IMG/VR virus record: IMGVR_UViG_3300016484_001275
Span: 1 to 42,053 of that record
Origin: a virus
Taxonomy: Duplodnaviria; Caudoviricetes
Reading direction: 5' to 3' (one strand)
Length of the DNA stretch: 42,053 bases
The notes beneath the pieces are model-generated. The model was not told where the DNA came from. It saw only the letters and a list, made by a program, of their open reading frames with translations, and made no database searches. Below are positions 7,951 through 17,154 of this stretch, in pieces. The position numbers and the translations under genes are program-made. The first letter of the stretch is position 1; the number at the start of each line of letters is the position of its first letter.

Positions 7951-10131
7951 ATGCCGCTTCAGACCGAACACTCAGCCTGGGACGCCGTCGCGACGCTCGC
8001 GGACCTCCCGAACGTCCCGGGCTCGCCCGAGCAATCCCTCCTGCTCAAGCCCGGGCACACCTGCTTCGTGCAGGCGACCGGGAACACGATGGTCTGCCTC
8101 TCCGCGACCTACGGCGCGGCGCTCTGGGACCACATCGCGACGAACGAGGTCACGGAGTACGTCATCGGGCTCGAGGGCGTTCACACCGGGTGCGACTGGC
8201 TCGATCCGGGAAACGGTTCGATCGTCAAGGCGGTGCTCCAGTCGCTCAGCACGAGCCTGTCGCGGCGGCACCTCGTCATCTTCCGGAACGGCGTCTACAA
8301 CTTCACGTTCGGAAACGGCGACTTCACGGTCGGCGGGACGACCGACCTCGTCGCGGAGTCGACTCGCGGCGTCACGTTCGTCGCTCCGACCTGCAACGTC
8401 GCGACGCTCACGCAGTTCAACGCGCTCCTGTTCAAGCTCGACGAGGGGGCCACGATGCGAGGGATCCGCGTCGTGGCGAACGGCTCGACGGTCGCGGCGC
8501 TCACCGGAACGGTCGCGAACACGTACAGGTACACGGTCCGGTACGCGAACGGCTGCAAGTTCTGGGATTGCGACTTCGTCTGGACCCAGGGCTCGGGCAC
8601 CTACATCCCGGCGCGGGCGCTCGGGGACATCTTCTCGTCAGCGACGATCGAGGGGATCGAGTTCCACGGCTGCTCGATCTCGTTCGAGCTCGAGGGGCCG
8701 CTCTACACGGGGGACCGGCACGTCGAGATCGGGCACCACGCGCTCGACGGCGTGTATGAGGGCTCCGAGCTCTGCACGAACGTCTATCGGGGCTGCACGT
8801 TCTCGTTCCGGAGCGACCTCGCTCCGCACCCGGACGCGAGCGACTCCTGCCTGGACTTCTGGCTCGCGGGCGGCGCGTCGTTCTTCGACATCAAGAGTTT
8901 CGGGAACGTCGTTGTGAACACGCGCGGCGGCCCGCAGGCGGGTTCGTTCGGCGGGATGGAGATCGATGGCTGGCTCGCGGACATGCGCGGATGGGGCGGT
9001 TCGTTCTTCCAGCTCTCGCTCATCGCGGGAGCGAGCGACACGGAGGCGTACTGGAGCGGCGCGGCGATCCGGAACGTGACGGTGATCGAAGATCCCGACG
9101 TGGCGGCGAACATCTTCTCGGGCTGGATCGAGATCGTCGGCCTGTACAGCGACTCTCCCGACTTCGTCGGGACTCACATCCTAGAGCCCCTGTTCGAGAA
9201 CATCCGGATCGTCGGCGTCGTCGATCCGTACCGGTTCGACTTCGTGATGGGTTCGACCGCTCCGGGCTCGATCCGGAACGCGGTCGCGACGAACATCCAC
9301 TGCGACGATCGCGGAGACGTCCGATTCCTGATCGGGAACCACTACACCCCGGCGGTCTCGATCGTTCCTCCGCGCGTCCAGTCGATCGACGGGTTCACGC
9401 TCGACGGTGTGCAGATCGGGCGCGTGCAGATCTACCGGAACATCGGGAGCACGTCGGCGAACCTCTCGCGCTTCTCGATCCAGGGGCACACCGAGCTGAG
9501 CCAGTTCGCGAGCGACCCCGCGATGACGTTCCTCGACGTGATCGACGTCGACTCGACGTCGAAGGTCGACGTCTGGTCTCACTCCGTCCCGGCGGAGCAC
9601 ATCCAGGGGGTTCGGCGTCTCGTCCGGGCGACCGTTCCGACGGCGACCGACGACGTGACGAAGGGCTACCGCGTCGGCGACGAGATCCGAGTGGACGTGG
9701 ACATCTATCGCTGCACCTCGGCGGCGGCGGGGCTCGCGACCTGGGTACTCTGGGAGGCGGCCAGCTCGGGCTCGTTCACGCCCGTCCTCACGCCCGTCGT
9801 GAACGTCGCCTCGGTCGCGCTCCAGGCGAACCCGCATTGCGTCTACCAGCGGATCGGGAAGGTCACGCGCTGTGAGATGGTCGTCACCGTGACCCCGGCG
9901 GCGGCGGGAACCCACTACTTCGCGATCCAGCCCGGGAGCCTTCCGATCGAACCCGCCGTGCAGGCGACCGACAGGAACATCGGGACGACGGGAACGACCT
10001 ACTACGCGTCGGTGCCGCGCGGCGGCGTCTACATCCAGGGAGGGACAAACCAGGTCCGGGTCATCTGCGATTCGAGCGGCGGATCGTCTCCGTACGACAT
10101 CTTCGTGCAGTTCTCGTATGTGTCTCCGTGA
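7951..10131 (+). CDS. Tailspike/fibre-like protein with probable beta-helix core and C-terminal receptor-binding-like domain
   Basis: 726 aa; VIFRNGVY start of a beta-helix-like region; PTATDDVTKGYRVGD...YRCTSAAAGLATW fibre module; C-terminal YQRIGKV head-domain motif. Confidence 0.6.
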   Translation: MPLQTEHSAWDAVATLADLPNVPGSPEQSLLLKPGHTCFVQATGNTMVCLSATYGAALWDHIATNEVTEYVIGLEGVHTGCDWLDPGNGSIVKAVLQSLSTSLSRRHLVIFRNGVYNFTFGNGDFTVGGTTDLVAESTRGVTFVAPTCNVATLTQFNALLFKLDEGATMRGIRVVANGSTVAALTGTVANTYRYTVRYANGCKFWDCDFVWTQGSGTYIPARALGDIFSSATIEGIEFHGCSISFELEGPLYTGDRHVEIGHHALDGVYEGSELCTNVYRGCTFSFRSDLAPHPDASDSCLDFWLAGGASFFDIKSFGNVVVNTRGGPQAGSFGGMEIDGWLADMRGWGGSFFQLSLIAGASDTEAYWSGAAIRNVTVIEDPDVAANIFSGWIEIVGLYSDSPDFVGTHILEPLFENIRIVGVVDPYRFDFVMGSTAPGSIRNAVATNIHCDDRGDVRFLIGNHYTPAVSIVPPRVQSIDGFTLDGVQIGRVQIYRNIGSTSANLSRFSIQGHTELSQFASDPAMTFLDVIDVDSTSKVDVWSHSVPAEHIQGVRRLVRATVPTATDDVTKGYRVGDEIRVDVDIYRCTSAAAGLATWVLWEAASSGSFTPVLTPVVNVASVALQANPHCVYQRIGKVTRCEMVVTVTPAAAGTHYFAIQPGSLPIEPAVQATDRNIGTTGTTYYASVPRGGVYIQGGTNQVRVICDSSGGSSPYDIFVQFSYVSP

Positions 10132-10164
10132 CGGCGGGCGGCGTCTCGGGCTAGACTCGCGACC

Positions 10165-11844
10165 ATGCCCGCTGATCTCTCCGTAGCCATCCGTTCCATG
10201 GAAAACGAGACGATCGAGATTCCGATCGTCGGAGTCTCGATCGAGGATCTCTGCAAGTCGGAGAGGTTCTCGGAGCTCGATCGGAACGAGGCGTATCTTC
10301 ATGCGCTCCAGGACGAGGCGAAGCTCTACGACTGGGATGGTCGTCTCGTCTCGGACGGCATGTCGCCGATTCAGCCCGGGTGGGAAGTCCCGATGGCTCA
10401 GCGGCGACCGTGCGCGAGGTACGATCTCGCGAAGGTGATCGTCAGTCGGTTCACCGCGTTGCTGTTCGGAACGGATCGGTTTCCGGAGCTGCTGTCGGCG
10501 GGCGATCGCGACTCCGAGGATTACTACAAGGGGCTCGCGGAGGCGGCGCGGCTGCCCCTCCGCGCGATCTCGGCGCGGAACATCGGCGGGTCGCAGGGTT
10601 CGGTGGGGATGTCGTTCGCGTTCGTGAACGGCGTGCCGAAGGTCGAGGTGCACAAGCCGAAGCACATTGAGGTGCTCGGATGGCGGGATCGTTCCGAGTT
10701 CAGGCCGAGCGCGGTGCTCAAGGCGTACGCGTTCCCGACGAACGTATTCGACCCGGAGACGAAGAAGATCAAGCGGGTCGAGATGTACTACGTTCGTCTC
10801 TGGACCGAACAGACCGAGACGGTTTGGAAGCCGATCCCGTCGGACATCGCGAAGCTCCCGAACTGGTCGACGGCGATCGAGTCGACGACGGTCGTGCACG
10901 GTCTCGGGTTCTGCCCGTTCTACTGGACCCAGAACATCCCGGACGAGGAGTCGATCGACGGGCGGAGCGACTACGACGGGTTGCACGGCAACCTCGACGA
11001 GATGAACCGGCTGACGTCGGCGGGCGTGCGAGCGGTGAAAGCGAACTCCGATCCGACGCTGATCGTGAAGGAAGACCCCGCGTTCAAGTCGGAGCATCTG
11101 CGGAAGGGGAACGGCGCGGCGATCTTCTCGCGTGGCGGCGCGGACTACCTCACGCTCCCCGGGGAGTCGGTCGACGCGTTGCGGAAGGTTCGAGAGGATC
11201 TCCGGAGCGCGACGCTCGACGTCGCGTCGGTCGTCACGCTCGACCCGGAGGGCGCGTACGGCTCGACGGCGGCGGCGCAGAGCGGGACGGCGCTTCGCAT
11301 CCTGTTCGCGCCGATGACGGCGCAGGCGGACATCTACCGCGAGCAGTACGGGGAGATGCTGATCAAGCCGTTGCTCAAGGGGATGTTCGAGGCGGCGGAG
11401 ATCATCGAGGGTCGAGGGGAGCGCGTCGTGCTCCCTCCGCGCGTCGAGTCGTCGGAGGACGGGACGAGCGCGAGGATCTACGAGCGGAGGCGCGGGCCGT
11501 CGGATGCGCTCTCTCTGAACTGGAATCCGTACTTCCCGCCGTCCTGGACCGACATCAAGTCGGCGATCGACGCGATGAAGGCGGGGAACGGCGACAAGCC
11601 GGTGATGAGCCAGCGGACGTCGATCGCGGCGGTCCAGTCGATCACGGGCGTCGACAACGTCGACGAGGAGATGGCAGCGATCCAAGAGGACGCGGCGCGG
11701 GCGATGGAGGTCGCTCGAGCGTCAATGGATGCGATGGGGCCGACGCCTGCGCCTCTCGATCGCGGGAGCGTCTCGGGCGCGGGAACGGACCCGTCGACGC
11801 CCGACGACGACGAGGACGAGCTCGAGGATTCGGGCGCTTCGTGA
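10165..11844 (+). CDS. Portal protein
   Basis: 559 aa upstream of MuF and scaffold; HGLGFCPFYW, GRSDYDG, QSGTALRIL, LNWNPYFP motifs of SPP1 gp6-like portals; acidic tail. Confidence 0.85.
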   Translation: MPADLSVAIRSMENETIEIPIVGVSIEDLCKSERFSELDRNEAYLHALQDEAKLYDWDGRLVSDGMSPIQPGWEVPMAQRRPCARYDLAKVIVSRFTALLFGTDRFPELLSAGDRDSEDYYKGLAEAARLPLRAISARNIGGSQGSVGMSFAFVNGVPKVEVHKPKHIEVLGWRDRSEFRPSAVLKAYAFPTNVFDPETKKIKRVEMYYVRLWTEQTETVWKPIPSDIAKLPNWSTAIESTTVVHGLGFCPFYWTQNIPDEESIDGRSDYDGLHGNLDEMNRLTSAGVRAVKANSDPTLIVKEDPAFKSEHLRKGNGAAIFSRGGADYLTLPGESVDALRKVREDLRSATLDVASVVTLDPEGAYGSTAAAQSGTALRILFAPMTAQADIYREQYGEMLIKPLLKGMFEAAEIIEGRGERVVLPPRVESSEDGTSARIYERRRGPSDALSLNWNPYFPPSWTDIKSAIDAMKAGNGDKPVMSQRTSIAAVQSITGVDNVDEEMAAIQEDAARAMEVARASMDAMGPTPAPLDRGSVSGAGTDPSTPDDDEDELEDSGAS

Positions 11845-11855
11845 GGCGGTGAGCG

Positions 11856-14159
11856 GTGTCGATAGAGCAGGTCGAGGCGGTGATCGCGAGAACGCTCGTG
11901 GACGCGGAGCGGGAGATGCTCGCGTCCGGTCCCGTTGCGGCGGAGCGGCAGGCGAGGCTGGCGACGATGCTCGCGCGGGCGGATGCGGAGCTCGGTCGGA
12001 GGCTGGCGCGGTGGAACGCGGCGACGGGCGGCGACATGACCGCGTTCACGGCGGCGTCGCTCGTCTCGTACCGTGAGCAGATCGGGCTACTTCAAGAGCG
12101 CGTGGCGATCGCGCTCGGGAACCAGACCGTCGCGGCGGCGGGGCCGGCGTGGCGCGCGGGGATCGCGGCGGTGGGAGCGGAGCTCTACCAGCTCGAGACG
12201 GCGTTCACGGGCATCGCGCGGCCCGTGCGTCTCTCGGAGGCGATGCGGTTCGATCCGTCGAACGGGCGCGCGTCGTCGGTCCTCGCGTCGATCGAGACGT
12301 CGGTGGATCGGTACACCTCGGCGATGATCTCGGAGTTCGAGCGGAACCTCTCGCTCGGGTTCCTAGCGGGGCTCTCGCAGGGGGAGATGGTGCAGATGCT
12401 CACCGGGCACGGCGGACCTCGAGGCGTCGTCTCCCTCCGGGCGCGCGTCGTCGGCGGTCAGGTCGTCAGGACGATGACCGAGAACATCCCGGAGGGGCTG
12501 TTCGTGCGCCATCGGTCCTGGGCCTGGCGGATCGTCCGCACGGAGGCGTCGAACGCGTACAACGTCGCGAGGGTCGAACGGCTGTCGGAGCTCGAGAGGG
12601 AAATCCCGACGCTGAAGAAAAAAATCATCGCGCACTTCGACAACCGGACGGCGCAGGATTCGGTCGCGGTGCACGGTCAGGTGCGGGACATCTCGGGCGT
12701 CGATCGGTTCTTCGTCGACGGCGCGGGACGCGTCTACGAGCAGCCCCCGGCGCGACCGAACGACCGAGAGACGGTGATCCCGTGGGAGCAGGCGTGGGGA
12801 GAGGTTCCGTCGACGCAGCAGCTCGATCCGGCGCAGGTCAACCAGGTCGACCAGGACATCCGGGCGGGGCGTCCTGCGGTCGATCCCGTCGGGCAGCGGG
12901 CGGCGGATCTCGCGGAGGAGGCGCGGCTCAACGCGATCCGAGAGGCGGAGCTGGCGGCGGCGTCGCCGGGGCGGTCCAGCGCACCGCGCCCGCCCCGGGC
13001 AACGTCGACGGCGTCAGCGCCCGCACCGACGGCGTCGCAGGCTCCTGCGGGCGGCCAGGCGGCACCGCCAGCGGCTCCTCGGGTCAACGCGCGGAACGCG
13101 CCTCGAGTCGCGCGGAACGCTGGCGAGTGGCAGGTGGCAGAGCGGTTCGGGAACGGGATGACGGCGGACGACTTCCGTGAGCTCGGGCGGATCCTCACTC
13201 CGGCGACGAAGCAGGAGCTCGCGGACTGGCGCGATGGGTTCTTGGACGGCAAGCGGCAGGTCGAGATCCGGGACGCGTTTCGGGACATCGTCGCGAATCG
13301 GTCGCGGCTCCCTGCTCCGTTGGTCGCGGAGCAGCCGTTCGCGAACTTCATGGGATCGAATCGCGGCAATGCGCTCGCGGCGCACGCGAACAGCGGCGAG
13401 TCGTTCCTGAATCGCAAGGGCATCGCGGGGATGGGTCGCGTCGGTCGCGAGATGGGAACGATCCGGAGCGCGGGCGTCGGGGAGCAGGTCTCGTCTCTGA
13501 TCCACGAAGAGCTTCACGGGTTCTCGCCGGTCGCGAACATGACCGGCGGGTTCTGGGCCATGCGCGGGTACGGGATCATGGCCGAGGAGATCGCGACGGA
13601 GACTCAGGCGCTCCGGATCACATCGAGAGTCCAGGCGGATCGCGCGGCGATCCTCGGGACGGGAAGCGGTTCGGCGGTCGCGGTCGCGGTCGACGCGCAG
13701 GCGGTGACCCTGATCCCGAACGCGGGCTACGCGGACGTCGTCGCGGCGACGCTCGACGAGGCGGTTCGGGTCGCTGGCGCGGCCGGCGTGAGGCTCACGC
13801 GGGCGCAGGCGCTCGACGTCGTCGCGGAGGCGTCGGAGAACTTGTGGCTCGAGATGCGAGCGGGGCAGACGGAGTTCGCGCGGGAGTACGCGGCGATCGG
13901 AAGGCGGATCGAAGATCCGGCGTTCCCGGACCAGTACCGCGCGACGCAGTACGAACGAGAGGACGCGCTCGGGACGGCGTACGCACGGAACTTCGTTCGC
14001 GCGATTCACGAAGAGGTGGCCTCGAGGTTCGGCGCGGTCGGTGCGGTGGAGCTCGATGCGAGTTACGATCGGATGATGGAGATCATGGCGGGCGGTTCGC
14101 GTGACTACTCGTCGTTCCCGGTTCGAATCGGCGCGGTGCCGCCGCCTCGGATCAAGTAG
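11856..14159 (+). CDS. MuF/SPP1 gp7-like minor head protein with C-terminal putative zinc metallopeptidase extension
   Basis: Follows portal; WRIVRTEASNAYN...DNRT...HGQ...PPARPNDRE MuF core; Pro/Ala linker; HEELH plus downstream EEIATE. Confidence 0.8.
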   Translation: MSIEQVEAVIARTLVDAEREMLASGPVAAERQARLATMLARADAELGRRLARWNAATGGDMTAFTAASLVSYREQIGLLQERVAIALGNQTVAAAGPAWRAGIAAVGAELYQLETAFTGIARPVRLSEAMRFDPSNGRASSVLASIETSVDRYTSAMISEFERNLSLGFLAGLSQGEMVQMLTGHGGPRGVVSLRARVVGGQVVRTMTENIPEGLFVRHRSWAWRIVRTEASNAYNVARVERLSELEREIPTLKKKIIAHFDNRTAQDSVAVHGQVRDISGVDRFFVDGAGRVYEQPPARPNDRETVIPWEQAWGEVPSTQQLDPAQVNQVDQDIRAGRPAVDPVGQRAADLAEEARLNAIREAELAAASPGRSSAPRPPRATSTASAPAPTASQAPAGGQAAPPAAPRVNARNAPRVARNAGEWQVAERFGNGMTADDFRELGRILTPATKQELADWRDGFLDGKRQVEIRDAFRDIVANRSRLPAPLVAEQPFANFMGSNRGNALAAHANSGESFLNRKGIAGMGRVGREMGTIRSAGVGEQVSSLIHEELHGFSPVANMTGGFWAMRGYGIMAEEIATETQALRITSRVQADRAAILGTGSGSAVAVAVDAQAVTLIPNAGYADVVAATLDEAVRVAGAAGVRLTRAQALDVVAEASENLWLEMRAGQTEFAREYAAIGRRIEDPAFPDQYRATQYEREDALGTAYARNFVRAIHEEVASRFGAVGAVELDASYDRMMEIMAGGSRDYSSFPVRIGAVPPPRIK

Positions 14160-14173
14160 GAAGGTAGGAAGCG

Positions 14174-14401
14174 ATGGAGCAGGGAGAGGCGATGCAGAGG
14201 CTCGTGGAGCGGTTCGCGAGGATCGGAACGACCACGGCGGCGGCGGAGTGGATCCGGGAGGCGAACCGGATGCGGTTCCCGATCCGGACGTTCGACGCCT
14301 ACCACCTCATGCGGTTCGAGCGGGGGAACGTGATCGACACCCTGCTCGCGGAGAACGAGAGGCTCGTGGAGCGGCCTCGAGAGCGGCATCGTATTCTCTG
14401 A
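14174..14401 (+). CDS. Small hypothetical protein (candidate partner/immunity protein for the MuF extension)
   Basis: 75 aa; AGGAAG RBS; starts 14 nt after the MuF stop. Confidence 0.55.
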   Translation: MEQGEAMQRLVERFARIGTTTAAAEWIREANRMRFPIRTFDAYHLMRFERGNVIDTLLAENERLVERPRERHRIL

Positions 14402-14447
14402 CGTCGTGACCTTGCGGCGCTGGTCGCCCCCGTGGCATCCTCCCGCC

Positions 14448-14645
14448 ATGGCGACCACCCAGTTCGACGGCCCGTTCTCGACGCCCATGCGCGAGGGCGA
14501 TCGATTCCAGAACCCGAAGACCCTGTTCCGCGACCCCGCGCGCGTCGCGTCGGGCGGTCTCTCGGATGCGCCGCCCTCGGCTCCGAATCCGCTCAGAACG
14601 AGCCCGGGCGCGCAGCCGTTCAAGAACCTGACGAACGGTCGCTGA
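14448..14645 (+). CDS. Small hypothetical protein
   Basis: ATG 14448 lies 6 nt after TGgCATCCT -10-like element; Pro-rich. Confidence 0.55.
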   Translation: MATTQFDGPFSTPMREGDRFQNPKTLFRDPARVASGGLSDAPPSAPNPLRTSPGAQPFKNLTNGR

Positions 14646-14681
14646 CCGCTTCTCGAATCGAGGTCGAAGATGGGGAACTTC

Positions 14682-14873
14682 ATGGCGAACAAGCTGCCGT
14701 TCCGTCGCGATGCGGCGGCGATGGCCAATCAGGCGGGACCGGCGGGCGCGATCGGCGCGTCCGCTCCTCAGGCTCAGGCGGCTCCCTCGGGCTCGTCTCC
14801 GGCTGCGGCGATGCAGGAACCTCGCGCGCTCCCGGCCGGGAACGCGCTGCCCGTGCGCGGGCTGAAGGGCTGA
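14682..14873 (+). CDS. Small Ala/Pro-rich hypothetical protein
   Basis: GGGGA RBS before ATG 14682 (14670 alternative); fills the operon gap. Confidence 0.5.
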   Translation: MANKLPFRRDAAAMANQAGPAGAIGASAPQAQAAPSGSSPAAAMQEPRALPAGNALPVRGLKG

Positions 14874-14876
14874 GCG

Positions 14877-15599
14877 ATGGCTTCGATCTCTCTCAATGGA
14901 TTCCTCTCGGTCGGAGGCTCCGGCTGCGGCGGCTGCGGCGGCGGCGGGACGAACGGCGACGGCTGCGTGGAGCAGCTCGACGCGCGTTGCGGTCTCTCGT
15001 TCGAGTCGGCGGTTCGTGGTTCGATGACGGTTCGGACGGAGGGGATGCCCGGAGACGTGTTCGTCCCGGTCGCGTTCGTCGAGAACCTGATCGGGATCGA
15101 GTTCCTCTACGCGAAGACGAGCGGGCCGATGGTCCTCTGCCTGGGGTCGGAGCCTGCGAAGCTGGTTTCGGATCCGTTCTCCACGACGGGGTTCACCGGC
15201 GGTGAGGCGATGCTGATCGACTTCCAGGGGACCGACGTAACGATCAACTTCGAGGCGGGCGACCAGGACCTGAACGCGGTCGTGAACCGCATCAACGCGG
15301 CGTTCGCGCTCCTCGGGATCGCGACTCCGCGCGCGTCCGCAGAGGGCGGTCGTCTGGTCATCACCGGTACCGCGTGCTCGGTCGACCCGAACGACCTGGA
15401 GGCGTCGACGCTCGTCGCGGCGGCCTACCCGGCACCGATCAACTTCGCGAACCAGTTCGCGGTCCCGGTCGGATCCGAGATCCAGGTCAACGGAACGCTA
15501 CTCGTCGAACTGCCGTCCTACCCGGCGGGCCCCACGTCGCTCCAGGTGAGCGGTCAAGGGTCGATCGAGATCATCGCGGCTGGACGGTCCAGTCGGTGA
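14877..15599 (+). CDS. Hypothetical virion structural protein
   Basis: 240 aa, beta-rich; internal segment similar to a domain of the sheath protein. Confidence 0.7.
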   Translation: MASISLNGFLSVGGSGCGGCGGGGTNGDGCVEQLDARCGLSFESAVRGSMTVRTEGMPGDVFVPVAFVENLIGIEFLYAKTSGPMVLCLGSEPAKLVSDPFSTTGFTGGEAMLIDFQGTDVTINFEAGDQDLNAVVNRINAAFALLGIATPRASAEGGRLVITGTACSVDPNDLEASTLVAAAYPAPINFANQFAVPVGSEIQVNGTLLVELPSYPAGPTSLQVSGQGSIEIIAAGRSSR

Positions 15600-15646
15600 C
15601 GTAAGCCCCAACCACCCCCCCGTAACTATTTTTCCGGAGATCCAAA

Positions 15647-16258
15647 ATGCCCCGTACACTGCGTGATGCTCTCAACGAAGCGAATCCGAACCACGTTCCC
15701 GACGGCCTGCAGAGGCTGCCGGCGGGCGAGGCGTTCGGGCTCATCCCCCGTACCGAAGTCGTCTCGATCGTGAGCAACGTCGCGACGCTCTCCGTGCCCG
15801 CTCTCCGCCTGATCTCGGTCTACGGCCAGACGGCGGCGGCGTACGCGACGATCGTCGCTCCCGAAGCCACTCCGGCGGCTGGAGAGGCGACCGTCAACGC
15901 GAAGGGTCAGCTCGCGTACACCGTGGCGAACCAGGTGGCCGAGGTCACCTACATCCCGGTCGAGGGAACGATCGTGACCGAGGTCGTCCAGGTCGCGGCG
16001 TCGGTCGGCTCGTTCCTCGGCGGCAAGAAGTCGCAGAAGGTCCTCTCCGTCGAGGTCGTGACCGGTCTCGTCCTCGGAGCCAAGGGCGTCCTGGCCCGCG
16101 CGGCCACCGCGACCTCGGGCAACGTGTCGCTCCGCGCGGACGGCTCGGGCGTCTCGTTCAACGCGGCGGACGTCGTCACGGGCACCGCGCGCGTGACCTA
16201 CGTCGCGACCCCGACGCAGACCGTCGGCGCGCGTCTCGGTTCGACCGTCGTGTTCTGA
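15647..16258 (+). CDS. Putative head decoration/structural protein
   Basis: Val/Ala/Thr-rich beta protein in the head module; GGAG RBS; followed by a terminator. Confidence 0.6.
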   Translation: MPRTLRDALNEANPNHVPDGLQRLPAGEAFGLIPRTEVVSIVSNVATLSVPALRLISVYGQTAAAYATIVAPEATPAAGEATVNAKGQLAYTVANQVAEVTYIPVEGTIVTEVVQVAASVGSFLGGKKSQKVLSVEVVTGLVLGAKGVLARAATATSGNVSLRADGSGVSFNAADVVTGTARVTYVATPTQTVGARLGSTVVF

Positions 16259-16283
16259 TCGACGCGACGAGCGAAGAACGGGG

Positions 16284-16311
16284 AGGGGCATCGGAGACGG
16301 TGCCCCTTTTC
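16284..16311 (+). terminator. Intrinsic terminator
   Basis: AGGGGCATCG-GAGA-CGGTGCCCCT 10-bp stem with GNRA loop followed by a T run. Confidence 0.7.
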
Positions 16312-16321
16312 CGTTCCGTCG

Positions 16322-16330
16322 TGCTAGGTT
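16322..16330 (+). promoter_or_regulatory. Putative extended -10 promoter for the scaffold gene (TGcTAGGTT)
   Basis: Directly after the terminator, ~60 nt upstream of ATG 16390. Confidence 0.5.
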
Positions 16331-16344
16331 CTGCGGCGGAAGCA

Positions 16345-16382
16345 CTCCACACGCGACGGCGGCGGAAACAGCCGGAACGGAG
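16345..16382 (+). promoter_or_regulatory. Putative RNA operator hairpin, copy 1 (scaffold leader)
   Basis: CACGCG..CGGC-GGCGGAAACA-GCCG; outer CTCC can pair with the GGAG RBS; second copy upstream of the capsid gene. Confidence 0.55.
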
Positions 16383-16389
16383 ACAGCAC

Positions 16390-17049
16390 ATGCCGAACGA
16401 GAACCAGCAGGGCAACGAGCCCGCGATCGAACCCACGCCAGCACCCGCGCCCGCTCCCGTCGTCGTCGACGTCTCGTCGATCCCGGACGAGGCGCTGAAG
16501 GACCGCCTGGACCGGGCGAAGCGCCAGGCGCTGAAGGACACCGGGTTCGCGAGCGTCGAGGAGGCGAAGGCGGCGCGGGAGCGACTCGCGACGATCGAGG
16601 CCGAGGAGGAAGCGCGGCGCGTCGCGGCGATGAGCGAGCAGGAGAAGCTCGCGAAGGCTGTCGAGGCGGAGCGCGCGGAGAAGGTCGCGCTGATGGAGCG
16701 GCTCGCCGCTCAGGAGCTGCGAGCGACGATCCTCGCGGCGGCGAACCAGCACGGGATCAAGAATCTCGAATACGCGGAATACCTCGCGGCCAAGGCGCAG
16801 AAGGCGGATCCGAACGCGGACGTCGCAGCGATCCTTGAAGCGGCGGCGGCGGACGTCGGCACCAAGGCGGCGCTCGGAATCGCGACGGAAGCGCCTCCGA
16901 TGGGAGCGCCGCCCGCGACGACGAGTCCGGCGGCGGGAGGCGGTCAGCCGAAGCCGGCACCGTCGGGAAGTCCGACCGCGAAGACGGCGCGCGACATGTC
17001 TCCGGACGAGTGGCGCGCGTACAAGCGCTCGATCGGCCTGAGCGGCTGA
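16390..17049 (+). CDS. Capsid scaffolding protein
   Basis: Pro-rich N-terminus, long Ala/Glu/Lys coiled coil, C-terminal ARDMSPDEWRAYKR helix; directly before the capsid gene. Confidence 0.8.
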   Translation: MPNENQQGNEPAIEPTPAPAPAPVVVDVSSIPDEALKDRLDRAKRQALKDTGFASVEEAKAARERLATIEAEEEARRVAAMSEQEKLAKAVEAERAEKVALMERLAAQELRATILAAANQHGIKNLEYAEYLAAKAQKADPNADVAAILEAAAADVGTKAALGIATEAPPMGAPPATTSPAAGGGQPKPAPSGSPTAKTARDMSPDEWRAYKRSIGLSG

Positions 17050-17115
17050 CGAGACCTCGAGCTCGAGGCGTGGCGGGTCGTCGGTTCTCCGGCGGCCCGT
17101 CTTCGCTTTCGGACC

Positions 17116-17143
17116 TTGACGTCCGGAATCGACCGCATACGAT
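17116..17143 (+). promoter_or_regulatory. Sigma70-like promoter for the capsid gene
   Basis: TTGACG-16 nt-TACGAT in the 178-nt intergenic region. Confidence 0.6.
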
Positions 17144-17154
17144 CGGGTTCTCAG

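Noticed and set aside
7951-10131. Diversity-generating retroelement target in the fibre genes
   Set aside because: No reverse transcriptase and no template/variable repeat pair noticed in the window
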